DNA of 64,000 nt from Myxococcales bacterium. GTDB lineage: Bacteria; Myxococcota_A; Polyangia; Haliangiales; Haliangiaceae. Below are positions 45,126 to 54,740 of this stretch, piece after piece; within the stretch, counting starts at the first letter, position 1, and each line of letters starts with the position of its first letter. The translations under genes and the position numbers were made by a program. Location of the stretch: positions 412,863 through 476,862 of the forward strand of contig JADJFN010000001.1 in the NCBI GenBank assembly GCA_016708565.1. Direction: 5' to 3'. The notes below the pieces were generated by a model. It was given only the letters and a program-made list of their open reading frames with translations, was not told where the DNA came from and searched no databases.

Positions 45126-45911
45126 TCAGATCGACAGGTCGTGCTGGCTGGACTCGTCGAGGCGGCGGGCGCCCTCGAGCAGCAGGTTCATCGTCGAGGT
45201 CTGGACGCGATCGACGCCCTCGACCTCGCAGGTGACGAGCTCGAAGCTGCCGGTCGACCACGCGAGCAGGTAGTAGACGCACTCGGCGTCGACGGGATCG
45301 GGGCGATCGTCGAGGCGGGCGTGGACGACGCGGCCGTTGCGCACGAGGATCTGCGCGGTGCTGCCGCCGCCGTTCTTGAGCGTCAGCACGCCGGTCTTGC
45401 GCTCCATCTCGACCATGGTCAGCAGCGCGGCCAGGCCGATCTGCGCGAGGTCGCCCTTGAGCGACGGGCCGAGGATGGTCTCGCGCGCCTCCTGGGCCAT
45501 GGCCTGGGTGCGGCGCATGGTCTTGGCGACCCGCAGATCGAGCTCCTCGAAGCGGAACGGCTTGGGCACGTAGTCGTCGGCGCCGAGCCGGAAGCCGCGG
45601 ATGCGATCCTCGTCGGACGACAGCGCGGTCAGGAAGATCACCGGCAGCGTCGCGAACTCCGGCCGCGCGCGCAGCGCCTTGACCAGCGCCCAGCCGTCCA
45701 TCTTGGGCATCATCACGTCGCTGATGAGCAGATCGGGCGGGTTGGCCAGCGCCTTGGTCAGCGCCTCCTCACCATCGGTCGCGGTGATGACGGCGTAGCC
45801 TCGCTTCTCGAGCACGGTCGCGACCATGCGGAGGATCCAGGCGTCGTCGTCAGCGACGAGCACGACCGGTGGCACCTCACCAGGATAGTGGCGGGGCGCG
45901 GTGGCGGTCAA
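45126..45911 (-). CDS. Response regulator receiver fused to DUF4388 domain
   Basis: VLVADDD...[12 protein letters not shown]...KPF receiver. C-terminal [28 protein letters not shown] resembles DUF4388. Confidence 0.8.
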   Translation of the reverse strand: MTATAPRHYPGEVPPVVLVADDDAWILRMVATVLEKRGYAVITATDGEEALTKALANPPDLLISDVMMPKMDGWALVKALRARPEFATLPVIFLTALSSDEDRIRGFRLGADDYVPKPFRFEELDLRVAKTMRRTQAMAQEARETILGPSLKGDLAQIGLAALLTMVEMERKTGVLTLKNGGGSTAQILVRNGRVVHARLDDRPDPVDAECVYYLLAWSTGSFELVTCEVEGVDRVQTSTMNLLLEGARRLDESSQHDLSI

Positions 45912-45930
45912 TCCGCCGCGTCAGCCGCGA

Positions 45931-46839
45931 TCACGGCATCCGCGCCGGCCCGGGGCCGGGGCGGGGGGGGGGCGCGGGCGCGGTCAGCGTGGCCTGGCTC
46001 CAGGCGCCGCCGCGCTGCAGCCACACCGCGCCGCTGGCCAGCGGCAGGAACACCGTGCCGTCGGCGTGGACGGCCAGCGCCAGCGGGCGATCGTCGTCGG
46101 CGACCGCCGGCGCGGCGACCTCCTGCCACGCGCCCCGGACCCGGCGCGCCAGGATCGGCCCGGCGGCGCGCCGCGCGAACACCCACGCGGCGCCGTCGGG
46201 CGCGGTGGTGGCGGCCAGCGGGGTCAGGCGCTCGCCGCCCAGCACCACCGGCGCGGCGGCCTTGGCCGCGACGTCGAACAGCGCGCCGTCGGCGGCGATC
46301 GCCAGCGGCGCGGCCCCGCTGGCGAACCGGGTGACGCTGGCGGTGGCGTGATCGACGAGGCGCTTGCCGGCCAGGCGCCAGAGGCGATCGGCGCCGGCGA
46401 CGTAGACCTTGCTGTCGCTGCCGGCCCACAGCGCGACGATCCCGGCCGGCGCCGCGCCGACGCGGACCCACGCCTTGGCCTTCCATACGAACACGTTGCG
46501 GCCGATCGCGAACGCCGGGTGCGGGCCACCGCCCATCACGGTCTTGCCGCGCTCGCCGAGCCGCAGCGCCTGCCATCCGTCGGGATCGAGGCGGTAGGCC
46601 GGCGTGGCCTTGCCGACCACCACCAGCTGCGCCGCGACCACCGCGCCGCCGACGTCGGCGGCGACGCCGCCACCCGCGTCGCGGGTCCAGGCGCCGTGGC
46701 CGTCAGGCTGCCACACCTGCCCCGAGGGGCCGACCAGCGTCGAGGCCAGCGGATCGGGCGCCAGCGCGACCGCGGCCAGCGGCTCGGCGGTCGCCGCGCC
46801 AGCGCTCGCCAGCACCAGGGCGGCGAGGAGGCGCTTCAC
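45931..46839 (-). CDS. Secreted hypothetical protein
   Basis: Signal peptide MKRLLAALVLASAGAATA. Gly/Ala/Trp-rich beta-type composition. High GC3. Confidence 0.6.
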   Translation of the reverse strand: MKRLLAALVLASAGAATAEPLAAVALAPDPLASTLVGPSGQVWQPDGHGAWTRDAGGGVAADVGGAVVAAQLVVVGKATPAYRLDPDGWQALRLGERGKTVMGGGPHPAFAIGRNVFVWKAKAWVRVGAAPAGIVALWAGSDSKVYVAGADRLWRLAGKRLVDHATASVTRFASGAAPLAIAADGALFDVAAKAAAPVVLGGERLTPLAATTAPDGAAWVFARRAAGPILARRVRGAWQEVAAPAVADDDRPLALAVHADGTVFLPLASGAVWLQRGGAWSQATLTAPAPPPRPGPGPARMP

Positions 46840-47540
46840 GGCGTCGCGGGCGCGGGCGCGACGGGCGCCGGAGTGGGCGCGGCGGGGGCCGGCGCGGCGG
46901 GCTTCGGCGCGGGCGGGGCGGGAGTGGGTGCGGCGGGCTTTGGCGCGGGCGCGGCGGGTGCGGTCGGCGCGGTGGCCTTGCCGCCGCCCGTGCCCTTGCC
47001 GGTGCCGTCGCCCTTGCCGGTGCCATCGCCCTTGCCGCCGCCGGTGCCATCGCCCTTGCCGGTGCCGTCGCCCTTGCCGCCGCCGGGGGCGGTGGCCGCG
47101 CTGGCGTCGACGGTGGGCGGGGTCGCGGCCGCGCCGCCGTCACCGGCCACGCCGCCGTCGTCGGCCAGCGCCGCGGCGTCGACCGGCACCGCCGCGTCGA
47201 CCGGGGGCGGTGGCGGCGTCTGCATGGCCTTCAGCTCCTGCTCGATCGCCTCGATCTCCTCGAGCTGCTTGCCCTTGAGCAGGCCGCAGGTCTTGAGCTG
47301 ATCGAGCGAGCGCGCCTCCATGGCGCACTTGACCGACGCCTTCTTGGCGGCGCCGCGGCACGAGCGGATCCACGCCGCGTCGGTGGCCGACTCGACGCTC
47401 ATCTTCGACGTGCCCATCAGCGTGCGGATGTTGGTGATCGCCTGCTTGCAGTCGGACTCCGACGGCTTGTCGCAACCGGCGACCATCGACACGCCCAGGA
47501 CCAGCGACAGGCACCACGAGACAGGGAGCTTCATGACCAT
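46836..47540 (-). CDS. Lipoprotein with Cys-rich N-domain, KGDGTG tandem repeats and Pro/Ala-rich tail
   Basis: MVMKLPVSWCLSLVLGVSMVAGC lipobox. Six more Cys. GKGDGTGKGDGTGGGKGDGTGKGDGTGKGTGGGK repeats. AGGAA lies 5 nt before the ATG, and the start overlaps the last 10 nt of the upstream gene. Confidence 0.75.
   Translation of the reverse strand: MVMKLPVSWCLSLVLGVSMVAGCDKPSESDCKQAITNIRTLMGTSKMSVESATDAAWIRSCRGAAKKASVKCAMEARSLDQLKTCGLLKGKQLEEIEAIEQELKAMQTPPPPPVDAAVPVDAAALADDGGVAGDGGAAATPPTVDASAATAPGGGKGDGTGKGDGTGGGKGDGTGKGDGTGKGTGGGKATAPTAPAAPAPKPAAPTPAPPAPKPAAPAPAAPTPAPVAPAPATP
46990..47090. repeat. 18-bp tandem repeats (cccttgccggtgccgtcg)n encoding KGDGTG units
   Basis: At least 5 consecutive units with minor variation. 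Confidence 0.7.
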
Positions 47541-48333
47541 TCCTCGGAGGTGGACTCTACCAGCGCGATCGCGCGCGCGAGGTCTTGCCCGGTGTCGATC
47601 TCGCGCCACTGGCCGTGGATGGTCACCGGGTGGATCGGGGTGCCGCCGTCGATCAGCTCTTGCCACAGATCGGTGAGGTAGGCGTTGCGGTAGCGGGCGG
47701 CGCGCTGGAACGGCTCGTGGTCGCGGCCGCGGTAGCGGGCGGCGAGGTCGTCGAGGGCGGCGCCGACGATCGCCGCGCCGGCGGCGTCGAGCCGGGCCAG
47801 GCCGATGAACTCGCCGTGGGCCTCGGCCGGGGGCAGCGCGCGCTTGCCGACCCGGCGCACCCGGCCCGCGAGGTCGAGATCCGACACCTCGCCCTCGTCG
47901 AGCGGGTGCTCGGTCCGGCCCTCGTAGATGTCGCGGAAGTCGGCGTCGATCACCAGGTCGATCGGCCCGCGGCCGGCCATCAGCGCGCGCACCACGCTGG
48001 GCGTGAAGATGATGTCGCTGTAGGTGATCAGCGTCGGCCCGTCGAGCGCGGCGCGCGCGCACGCCAGCGACAGGAGGATGTTGTTGGTCTCCCACTCGGG
48101 GTTGTCGACGAAGGTGAGCCGCACGCCCGGGGGCGCCTCGGCCCGGGCGCCGGCCTCGAGGACGTCGCCGCGGTAGCCGCGGATCAGCACCAGCTCGTCG
48201 ACGCCGGCGGCGGCGAACGCGCGCATCTGCCAGCCGAGCATCGTCCGGGCGCCGACCGGCACGAGCGTCTTGGGCACCTCGGCGGTGTGGGCGCCGAGCC
48301 GCTTGCCGCGACCGGCGGCGATGATGATGGCCT

Positions 48334-48336
<3 letters not shown>
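47531..48336 (-). CDS. Nucleotidyltransferase (NTP_transferase fold), sugar/alcohol-phosphate cytidylyl- or guanylyltransferase-like
   Basis: GTG start with GGAGG 7 nt upstream. VKAIIIAAGRGKRLG...PK is the G-x-G-x-R-x(n)-K signature. 268 aa. Confidence 0.8.
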
Positions 48337-49110
<774 letters not shown>

Positions 49111-49203
49111 AGCAGAAACCCGCGCCCCGCGCGGCCTGCGCGGAACCGCGATCCCCTACAACGCACGGAGCCGGAGCGGGAGCGGGAACCCGAGCCGGTC
49201 AGC

Positions 49204-50454
49204 TCAGAAGCTGCAGAGGGGCACCGGGCCGCACAGCCGGCTGTTGGGATCGCAGAAGCCGGCGGTGCACTGGTCGTCGCTGTTGCAGGCCGCGCCGTCG
49301 CCGAGCGGCCCCTCGCAGGCGCCGGTCGCGGCGCCGCTGACCTCGTTGGAGCAGTGCAGGCCGGTCGAGCACGAGTTGGGGTCGCTGGCGAAGACGCCGT
49401 CGCTCGAGCGCGTGCAGGTCGCGCCCACCGCGCCGGCCGGCTGGCAGGTGCCGCCATCGCAAGCCAGCGTGGCGCCGCACCAGGCCTGGCCCTGGGCGGT
49501 GCCGCACGGCGCGCCGACGGTCAGCGACGGCGTGCAGGTGCCGGGGCTGCCGCTGGGGCCGGCGCAGTACTGGTGGCCGAAGCAGCCGAAGATGCCGTCG
49601 CAGCTCGCGCCGGCGGCGCGCACGTCGCGGCAGATGCCGGTGGTGGTCGAGGTGTCGCCGACGCACAGGAGCTCGCCGAGACACTCGAGATCGTCGCTGC
49701 AGATCGAGCCGGCGGGCTTGCTCGTGGTGCAGGTGCCGGTGGCGGTGCTGTCGTTGTGGCCGCCGTTGCAGAACAGCCCCGGGTCGCAGTCGTTGCCGCC
49801 GTCGCACGGCCGGCCGGCCGCGCCCGACTCGCACAGCGAGATGTCCATGTTGGTGGCGGTGTCGCGCTTGGACACGCAGTAGTCGGCGGGGCCGCAGAAG
49901 CCGCCGTTGGCGCACGACTGGCCGGTGGCCGCGGGCTTCCGGCACACCTTGCTGCCGCAGGCCTGGCCGCCCGACGGCGACTCGCAGCGGGCGCCGGCGG
50001 TGGCGCACTCGAAGTCGGCCTGGCACGCCGCGCCGTCGTTGACGTTGCCGACGATGGCGCCGCACTCGGCCAGCAGGTCGCCGCCGCTCTTCATCAGCTC
50101 GCAGGTGCCGGTGATCCGCGCGACGCAGCTGGCGGCGGCGGTGGGGTTCCACTGGGCGCGGCCGCGGGCGACGCTGTCGTCGAGCATGCGCCGGGCCGCC
50201 ACCTGGGTCAGGTCGTTGAACAGGAACAGCGGCAGGTGATCGCAGTCGAGGTGCGTGGTCGAGCTGCCGAAACAGTCGTCGATCAGGCTGCACGCGGCGC
50301 GGCTGAAGCAGACGAAGAACTCGTCGACGGTGAGCGAGCTCGCGGCGCAGCCGTCGGCGGCGCTGTCGATGCCGGCGTCCTCGACGGCGGGCGGCACCTC
50401 GCCGCAAGCGGTGACCAGGGGGACGGCGACGAGCAGGGCGGCCACGATGCGCAT
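49204..50454 (-). CDS. Cysteine-rich-repeat secreted lipoprotein (myxobacterial Cys-rich repeat type)
   Basis: MRIVAALLVAVPLVTACGE lipobox. About 50 Cys in repeated C-x-G/C-x3-C modules. Confidence 0.75.
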   Translation of the reverse strand: MRIVAALLVAVPLVTACGEVPPAVEDAGIDSAADGCAASSLTVDEFFVCFSRAACSLIDDCFGSSTTHLDCDHLPLFLFNDLTQVAARRMLDDSVARGRAQWNPTAAASCVARITGTCELMKSGGDLLAECGAIVGNVNDGAACQADFECATAGARCESPSGGQACGSKVCRKPAATGQSCANGGFCGPADYCVSKRDTATNMDISLCESGAAGRPCDGGNDCDPGLFCNGGHNDSTATGTCTTSKPAGSICSDDLECLGELLCVGDTSTTTGICRDVRAAGASCDGIFGCFGHQYCAGPSGSPGTCTPSLTVGAPCGTAQGQAWCGATLACDGGTCQPAGAVGATCTRSSDGVFASDPNSCSTGLHCSNEVSGAATGACEGPLGDGAACNSDDQCTAGFCDPNSRLCGPVPLCSF

Positions 50455-51397
50455 CCCCACATTGTCGCGGGTCGCTCGGCCAGGCTCAAGGGGCACCGGC
50501 GGGCGCGCGACCGAGATCACGGCGGCGATCCGCGCTACCCTCGCCGCGGTGCCGCCGCGCTTCACCTGGCATGACGTGGCCGCCTGGTTCCCGGTGCGGG
50601 TGCTGCGCCACAGCCGGCGCGACGACGCGCCGGTGCTGGCCGCGGGCGTCGCGATGTACCTGCTGCTGGGGCTGTTGCCCACGCTGGCGGCGGTGGTGTC
50701 GATCTACGCGCTGATCGCCGACCCGACGCAGATCGAGGGCCACCTCGCCGGCCTGGATCGGGTCGTGCCCGACGACGTCTACCGCCTGCTGGTCGATCAG
50801 CTGCAGCGCGCCAGCCACCGCTCCGACGACGAGCTGCGCCTGACCCTGGCCGGCGCGGTCGTGCTGGCGCTGTGGTCGAGCCGCGCCTCGGCCAACGCGC
50901 TCCTGGTCGGCATCGAGCGCATCGACGGCACCCGCAGCCGGTGGCGCGGCTGGCGGCGGCTGGTGCTGACGACCCTGCTCGCGCTGGGCGCGCTGTTCTC
51001 GGCGGTGACGCTGCTCGCGGTGGTGGTGGCCATGCCGGCGACCAGCGCGACGCTCGCGCCGGGGCTGCGCAGCTGGCTGGTGGCGCTGCGCTGGCCGGCG
51101 CTGATCCTCACCGGCGTGACCGGGCTGTCGGTGCTGTACGCGCTGGGCGGGCCGCCGCGGCCCAAGCGGCAGATCATCCCCGGCGCGCTGGTCGCGACCG
51201 CGCTGGGCTTGCTCGCGTCGCTGGGCGTCTCGTACTACGTGGCCGATCTGGCCAGCTACCAGTCGCTGTACGGCACGTTCGGCAGCGCGATGGTGGTGGT
51301 GCTGTGGTTCTACGCCTGCTCGCTGGCGGTGATGATCGGCGCGGTCGTCAACACCGAGCTGCGCGTGCCGAGCGACCCGTCGTGGTCGCGGTACTGA
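50447..51397 (+). CDS. YihY/BrkB (virulence factor BrkB) family membrane protein
   Basis: YihY-like TM pattern (AAGVAMYLLLGLLPTLAAV...). Start uncertain: ATG 50447 overlaps the divergent gene start (palindrome ATGCGCAT); alternative GTG about 50549. Confidence 0.7.
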   Translation: MRIPTLSRVARPGSRGTGGRATEITAAIRATLAAVPPRFTWHDVAAWFPVRVLRHSRRDDAPVLAAGVAMYLLLGLLPTLAAVVSIYALIADPTQIEGHLAGLDRVVPDDVYRLLVDQLQRASHRSDDELRLTLAGAVVLALWSSRASANALLVGIERIDGTRSRWRGWRRLVLTTLLALGALFSAVTLLAVVVAMPATSATLAPGLRSWLVALRWPALILTGVTGLSVLYALGGPPRPKRQIIPGALVATALGLLASLGVSYYVADLASYQSLYGTFGSAMVVVLWFYACSLAVMIGAVVNTELRVPSDPSWSRY

Positions 51398-51540
51398 ATT
51401 TCAGGAGGGCGTGTCGCCACGCCCTCCCCCGTCGGGTCATGCCCCGACGGGGCCCCCTCCCAAGACGCGAAACGCCTGGCGCATGGGTCGGTGCTCGGCC
51501 GAAATACTCACAAGCTCTGAGTTTCAGGAGGTGCGTCGCT
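51398..51540. repeat. Palindromic element downstream of yihY-like gene, flanked by 23-nt imperfect direct repeats
   Basis: ctgaatttcaggagggcgtgtcgc (51394-51417) and ctgagtttcaggaggtgcgtcgc (51516-51539). Inside: ggagggcgtg-tcgc-cacgccctcc, ccccgtcggg-tcatg-ccccgacgggg, then ccccctcccaagacgcgaaac. Confidence 0.55.
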
Positions 51541-51566
51541 GAGCGCGCGCGCCGGCCTCCCCGCGG

Positions 51567-52028
51567 CTACGCCGCCGCGTAGGCGCGCTCGAGCGCCGCG
51601 ACGTCGAGCTTCACCATCGTCATCATGGCGGCCATCACGGCCTTCACCTTCACCGGGTCCGGGTCGCCGATCAGCTCCATGAATCGCCGGGGGACGATCT
51701 GCCACGTGACGCCGAACGGATCGGTGATCCAGCCGCACTGCGACGGCTTCGCGCCGGCCTCGAGGAGCTTGTCCCAGTACGCGTCGACCTCCGCCTGGTC
51801 CGCGCAGTCGACGTAGAGGGAGAAGCCTTCGGAGAAGCTGAAGTACGGCCCCCCGTTGTAGCCCATGAAGACCTGACCACCGACGACGAACTCGGCGGAG
51901 GCGACCGGGCCGTCCTGGCCAGCGCGGGCCACGCTCCTGATCTGGGAGTCCGGGAACGTGGCGGTGTAGAACGCCATGGCCGCCTCGAGCTGATCGTTGA
52001 ACATCAGGAACGGGGTCACCTTGGTCAT
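51567..52028 (-). CDS. VOC/glyoxalase-fold protein (PhnB / 3-demethylubiquinone-9 3-methyltransferase-like)
   Basis: MTKVTPFLMFNDQLEAAMAFYTATF...GWITDPFGVTWQIV. Confidence 0.8.
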   Translation of the reverse strand: MTKVTPFLMFNDQLEAAMAFYTATFPDSQIRSVARAGQDGPVASAEFVVGGQVFMGYNGGPYFSFSEGFSLYVDCADQAEVDAYWDKLLEAGAKPSQCGWITDPFGVTWQIVPRRFMELIGDPDPVKVKAVMAAMMTMVKLDVAALERAYAAA

Positions 52029-52170
52029 CGGAGATGCTCCTCGTGGCGAGGCGCGATGGTAGCCGAAGGCGTCGGGGCCGGCGCCGGCGTCGGCGTGGGC
52101 GTCGGCGCCTGGGCGCCGGTGGCTGGTCGTTCGACTGGATCGCCGGCGAGGCCCGGTCTACCGTGATCGC

Positions 52171-52749
52171 GTGAGTTCCGTGCCGTGCCCGGCCTGCGGC
52201 GTGGCGGTGACCGCCGGGTACCCGCGCTGTCCGCGTTGCCACGCGCCGATGCCGGGCGCGGGCGCGCCGCGCGGGCGCCGCGACACCAACCAGGGCGGCG
52301 GCACCACCGTCGCCAAGGAGCGCCCGTCGCGGTGGAGCGCGGTGGCGTTGGTGATCGCGCTGATCGCCGTGGTCGCCGGCGTGGTGGCGCTGGTGCTGAC
52401 CCGCGGCGCCGCCCACCACACGGTGGCCGAGCCGACGGTGACGCCGGTCGCGCCGCCGCCGGTCTCGGCGCGCACGCTCGACGAGCCCGAGGCTGCCCCG
52501 ACCGCGGTGGCGCCGGTTCGCGATCCGTGGCCGGTGCTCGATCGCCTCGAGCGCACCGCCGCCGGCGAGCGGCTGTACGTCAAGGCCACCACCCGCGGCG
52601 CGAGCGTGGAGCTGCGCTCGAGCTTCTGCGCCGAGGCCCGGGTGCAGGCGCTGGTCGACGCCGCGCTGCCGGCGCTGCGCGAGCAGGGCGTCGCGCGCGT
52701 GACCTGCGTGGCGCTGCACGGCGCTGCGGTGTTCGTCCGGACGTTGTGA
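52171..52749 (+). CDS. Zinc-ribbon single-pass membrane protein, hypothetical
   Basis: GTG start. CPACG...CPRCH zinc ribbon, TM helix AVALVIALIAVVAGVVALVL, periplasmic tail. Confidence 0.6.
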   Translation: MSSVPCPACGVAVTAGYPRCPRCHAPMPGAGAPRGRRDTNQGGGTTVAKERPSRWSAVALVIALIAVVAGVVALVLTRGAAHHTVAEPTVTPVAPPPVSARTLDEPEAAPTAVAPVRDPWPVLDRLERTAAGERLYVKATTRGASVELRSSFCAEARVQALVDAALPALREQGVARVTCVALHGAAVFVRTL

Positions 52750-52782
52750 CCGCGCCGCGCGCCGTGGCACAGTGCGCGCCCC

Positions 52783-53142
52783 GTGACCGACCTCCGCGAC
52801 TCAGGTCCCCGCCGTCCTCACCGCCTGATCCTCCCGCTGGGCATGCGGGTGCTGGTGCGGATCATCAAGGACGGCGATCGCACCGACAGCGGGCTGTACC
52901 TGCCGGCCGGCGCCAAGGAGGCGCAGGACGAGGCGCTGTACGGCGAGGTGGTCGAGGTCGCCCGCGATCGGCCGACGTCGGATGACGTGGCCGAAAACGT
53001 CTCGGGCGTGCCGCACGGGGCTCGGGTGCTGTTCAGAAAGGAAGCTGGCGTACGCGTCCCGTGGGACGAGGCGCTGCGGCTGCTCGACGTGAAGGACGTG
53101 CTCGCGACCGTCGAGGAGATCGGCGACGACGAGGCGCATTGA
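52783..53142 (+). CDS. GroES (Cpn10) family paralog, orphan (no groEL adjacent)
   Basis: LILPLGMRVLVRIIKDGDRTDSGLYLPAGAKEAQDEALYGEVVEVA...GARVLFRKEAGVRV...LRLLDVKDVLATVEE follows the GroES pattern with an N-terminal extension. Confidence 0.7.
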   Translation: MTDLRDSGPRRPHRLILPLGMRVLVRIIKDGDRTDSGLYLPAGAKEAQDEALYGEVVEVARDRPTSDDVAENVSGVPHGARVLFRKEAGVRVPWDEALRLLDVKDVLATVEEIGDDEAH

Positions 53143-53220
53143 TCCGCGTCACACCGTCGGGACTCTTCTTAGCCGAACTCGGAGGATGTTCAGCGCGGCG
53201 GCGACCTCTACAATGGAGGG

Positions 53221-53532
53221 ATGGCTGATGACTCTCGCTACCATGTGCGGCGCGGCGCGCGCGAGCGCATCGTCGACGTCGTCGGCGGCAGCCGCCCGCC
53301 GCCGGCGCGGCTGGCCGAGGGCAGCGACTCGGCGATCTCGCCCCCGACCGGCGACGAGCTCGGCGACCTGGCGCCGCCGCGCGACGCGGTGCCGGTGCGG
53401 TTCGGCGCCGAGGCGGTGGTGATCGAGCACCAGGGCGATCGGGTGACGCTGGTGCTGCCGGGCGCGATCCGCGTGACCGGCACGATCGAAGAGGCGCGGC
53501 GGCTGGCGGCGGCGCTGTTGCGGACGACGTGA
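53221..53532 (+). CDS. Small hypothetical protein (103 aa)
   Basis: GGAGGG 5 nt upstream of the ATG. GC3-rich after the first codons. Confidence 0.5.
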   Translation: MADDSRYHVRRGARERIVDVVGGSRPPPARLAEGSDSAISPPTGDELGDLAPPRDAVPVRFGAEAVVIEHQGDRVTLVLPGAIRVTGTIEEARRLAAALLRTT

Positions 53533-53538
53533 CAGGGG

Positions 53539-54693
53539 CTAGCGGCGGCGACGGCGCCGCAGCGCGAGGGCGGCGACGGCGATGATCGGGCTCGGCCACG
53601 GCCGGCCGCTGGTCGAGCAGCAGCCGGCGTCGAGCGGGTCGGGCGCGGCGCACACGCCGGGATCGTCGGCGGTCGGGTAGATCGCGCACAGCGCGGCGAC
53701 CTCGTCGTCGGACAAGGTCGCCTTCGAGGTCTCGGCGCACTCCTGGAACGGGAACATGGTGGCGTCGATCTGCGCCGGGGTCAGCGGGCTGGTGCACAGC
53801 GGCACCGGCTGGCCGGCGCCGTCGACGTGCGGGGCGTCGGCCGGCGTCAGGCAGGTGTGCTCGAGGCCGAGCAGGTGGCCGATCTCGTGGGTCAGCGTGT
53901 TGGCCAGATCGGCCTGGCAGCCGGGCGGGCCGTCCGACTGGCCGTCGACCGCGAGCGCGAAGTCGACGCCGTTGAGCTCGATGTCGGCGTCGACCAGCTC
54001 GCCGTCGCGCGGGTCGCCCGGCTCGTTGACGTAGACCGCGGTGGTGACGCCGGCGGCGGCGTGGCTGTGGCACTTCATCGGCTTGCCGTCGACGGCGGGC
54101 CGGCACCACGTCGTGTCGCGGAACTTGATCACCGAGACGAAGTCGCGGCCCGACACCTCGCGGTCCACCGGCCCCAGGCTGACGACGTGCTGGTACGCGC
54201 AGCCGCCGATGCGCTGGTTCCAGTGGGCGATCACCGCCTCGATCACCTCGCGCTCGCGATCGCCCGGGATCGCGGTGGTGCCCTCGATGGCGTAGGCCAG
54301 CTGGACGCAGCCCTTGGCCCAGGCCAGCGGCCGGCCGCTGCGATTCGTGATGGTCTGGACGTACGGGCCGCGGCCGATCGGCGTGCGATCGACGACGCGA
54401 TCGGCGAACCACCGGCCGGGCCCGGCGGCGCGGGCGGTGACCTCGGCGCGCATGCCGACCGCCAGCCGCGGCTCGTCGTCGAACACCACCATCGTGTAGC
54501 CGTCGGCGGTGCCGCCCAGTTGCTCGATCGTGACGTCGCCGGCGGCGGTGCGGACGGTGGCGGTGGTGACGATCGCGCGATCGTCGTCGCTCCACGCGGC
54601 CTGGGTGGCGACCACGTCGCCGACCAGCACCGCGGCGGTCGCCGGGGTGGCCGTGAGGGCCAGGGCCGTGCACGCGAGGGCGAGCCGCGACAT
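53539..54693 (-). CDS. Secreted zinc metalloprotease (HEIGHxxGLEH, metzincin-like) with MYXO-CTERM sorting signal
   Basis: Signal peptide, then THEIGHLLGLEH. C-terminus GCCSTSGRPWPSPIIAVAALALRRRRRR is a Cys motif, TM and poly-Arg tail. Confidence 0.8.
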   Translation of the reverse strand: MSRLALACTALALTATPATAAVLVGDVVATQAAWSDDDRAIVTTATVRTAAGDVTIEQLGGTADGYTMVVFDDEPRLAVGMRAEVTARAAGPGRWFADRVVDRTPIGRGPYVQTITNRSGRPLAWAKGCVQLAYAIEGTTAIPGDREREVIEAVIAHWNQRIGGCAYQHVVSLGPVDREVSGRDFVSVIKFRDTTWCRPAVDGKPMKCHSHAAAGVTTAVYVNEPGDPRDGELVDADIELNGVDFALAVDGQSDGPPGCQADLANTLTHEIGHLLGLEHTCLTPADAPHVDGAGQPVPLCTSPLTPAQIDATMFPFQECAETSKATLSDDEVAALCAIYPTADDPGVCAAPDPLDAGCCSTSGRPWPSPIIAVAALALRRRRRR

Positions 54694-54740
54694 CGCGGCG
54701 AGGTTACCACTGGCCGCCGCCGTCGCGGGGGGCGGCGCGG

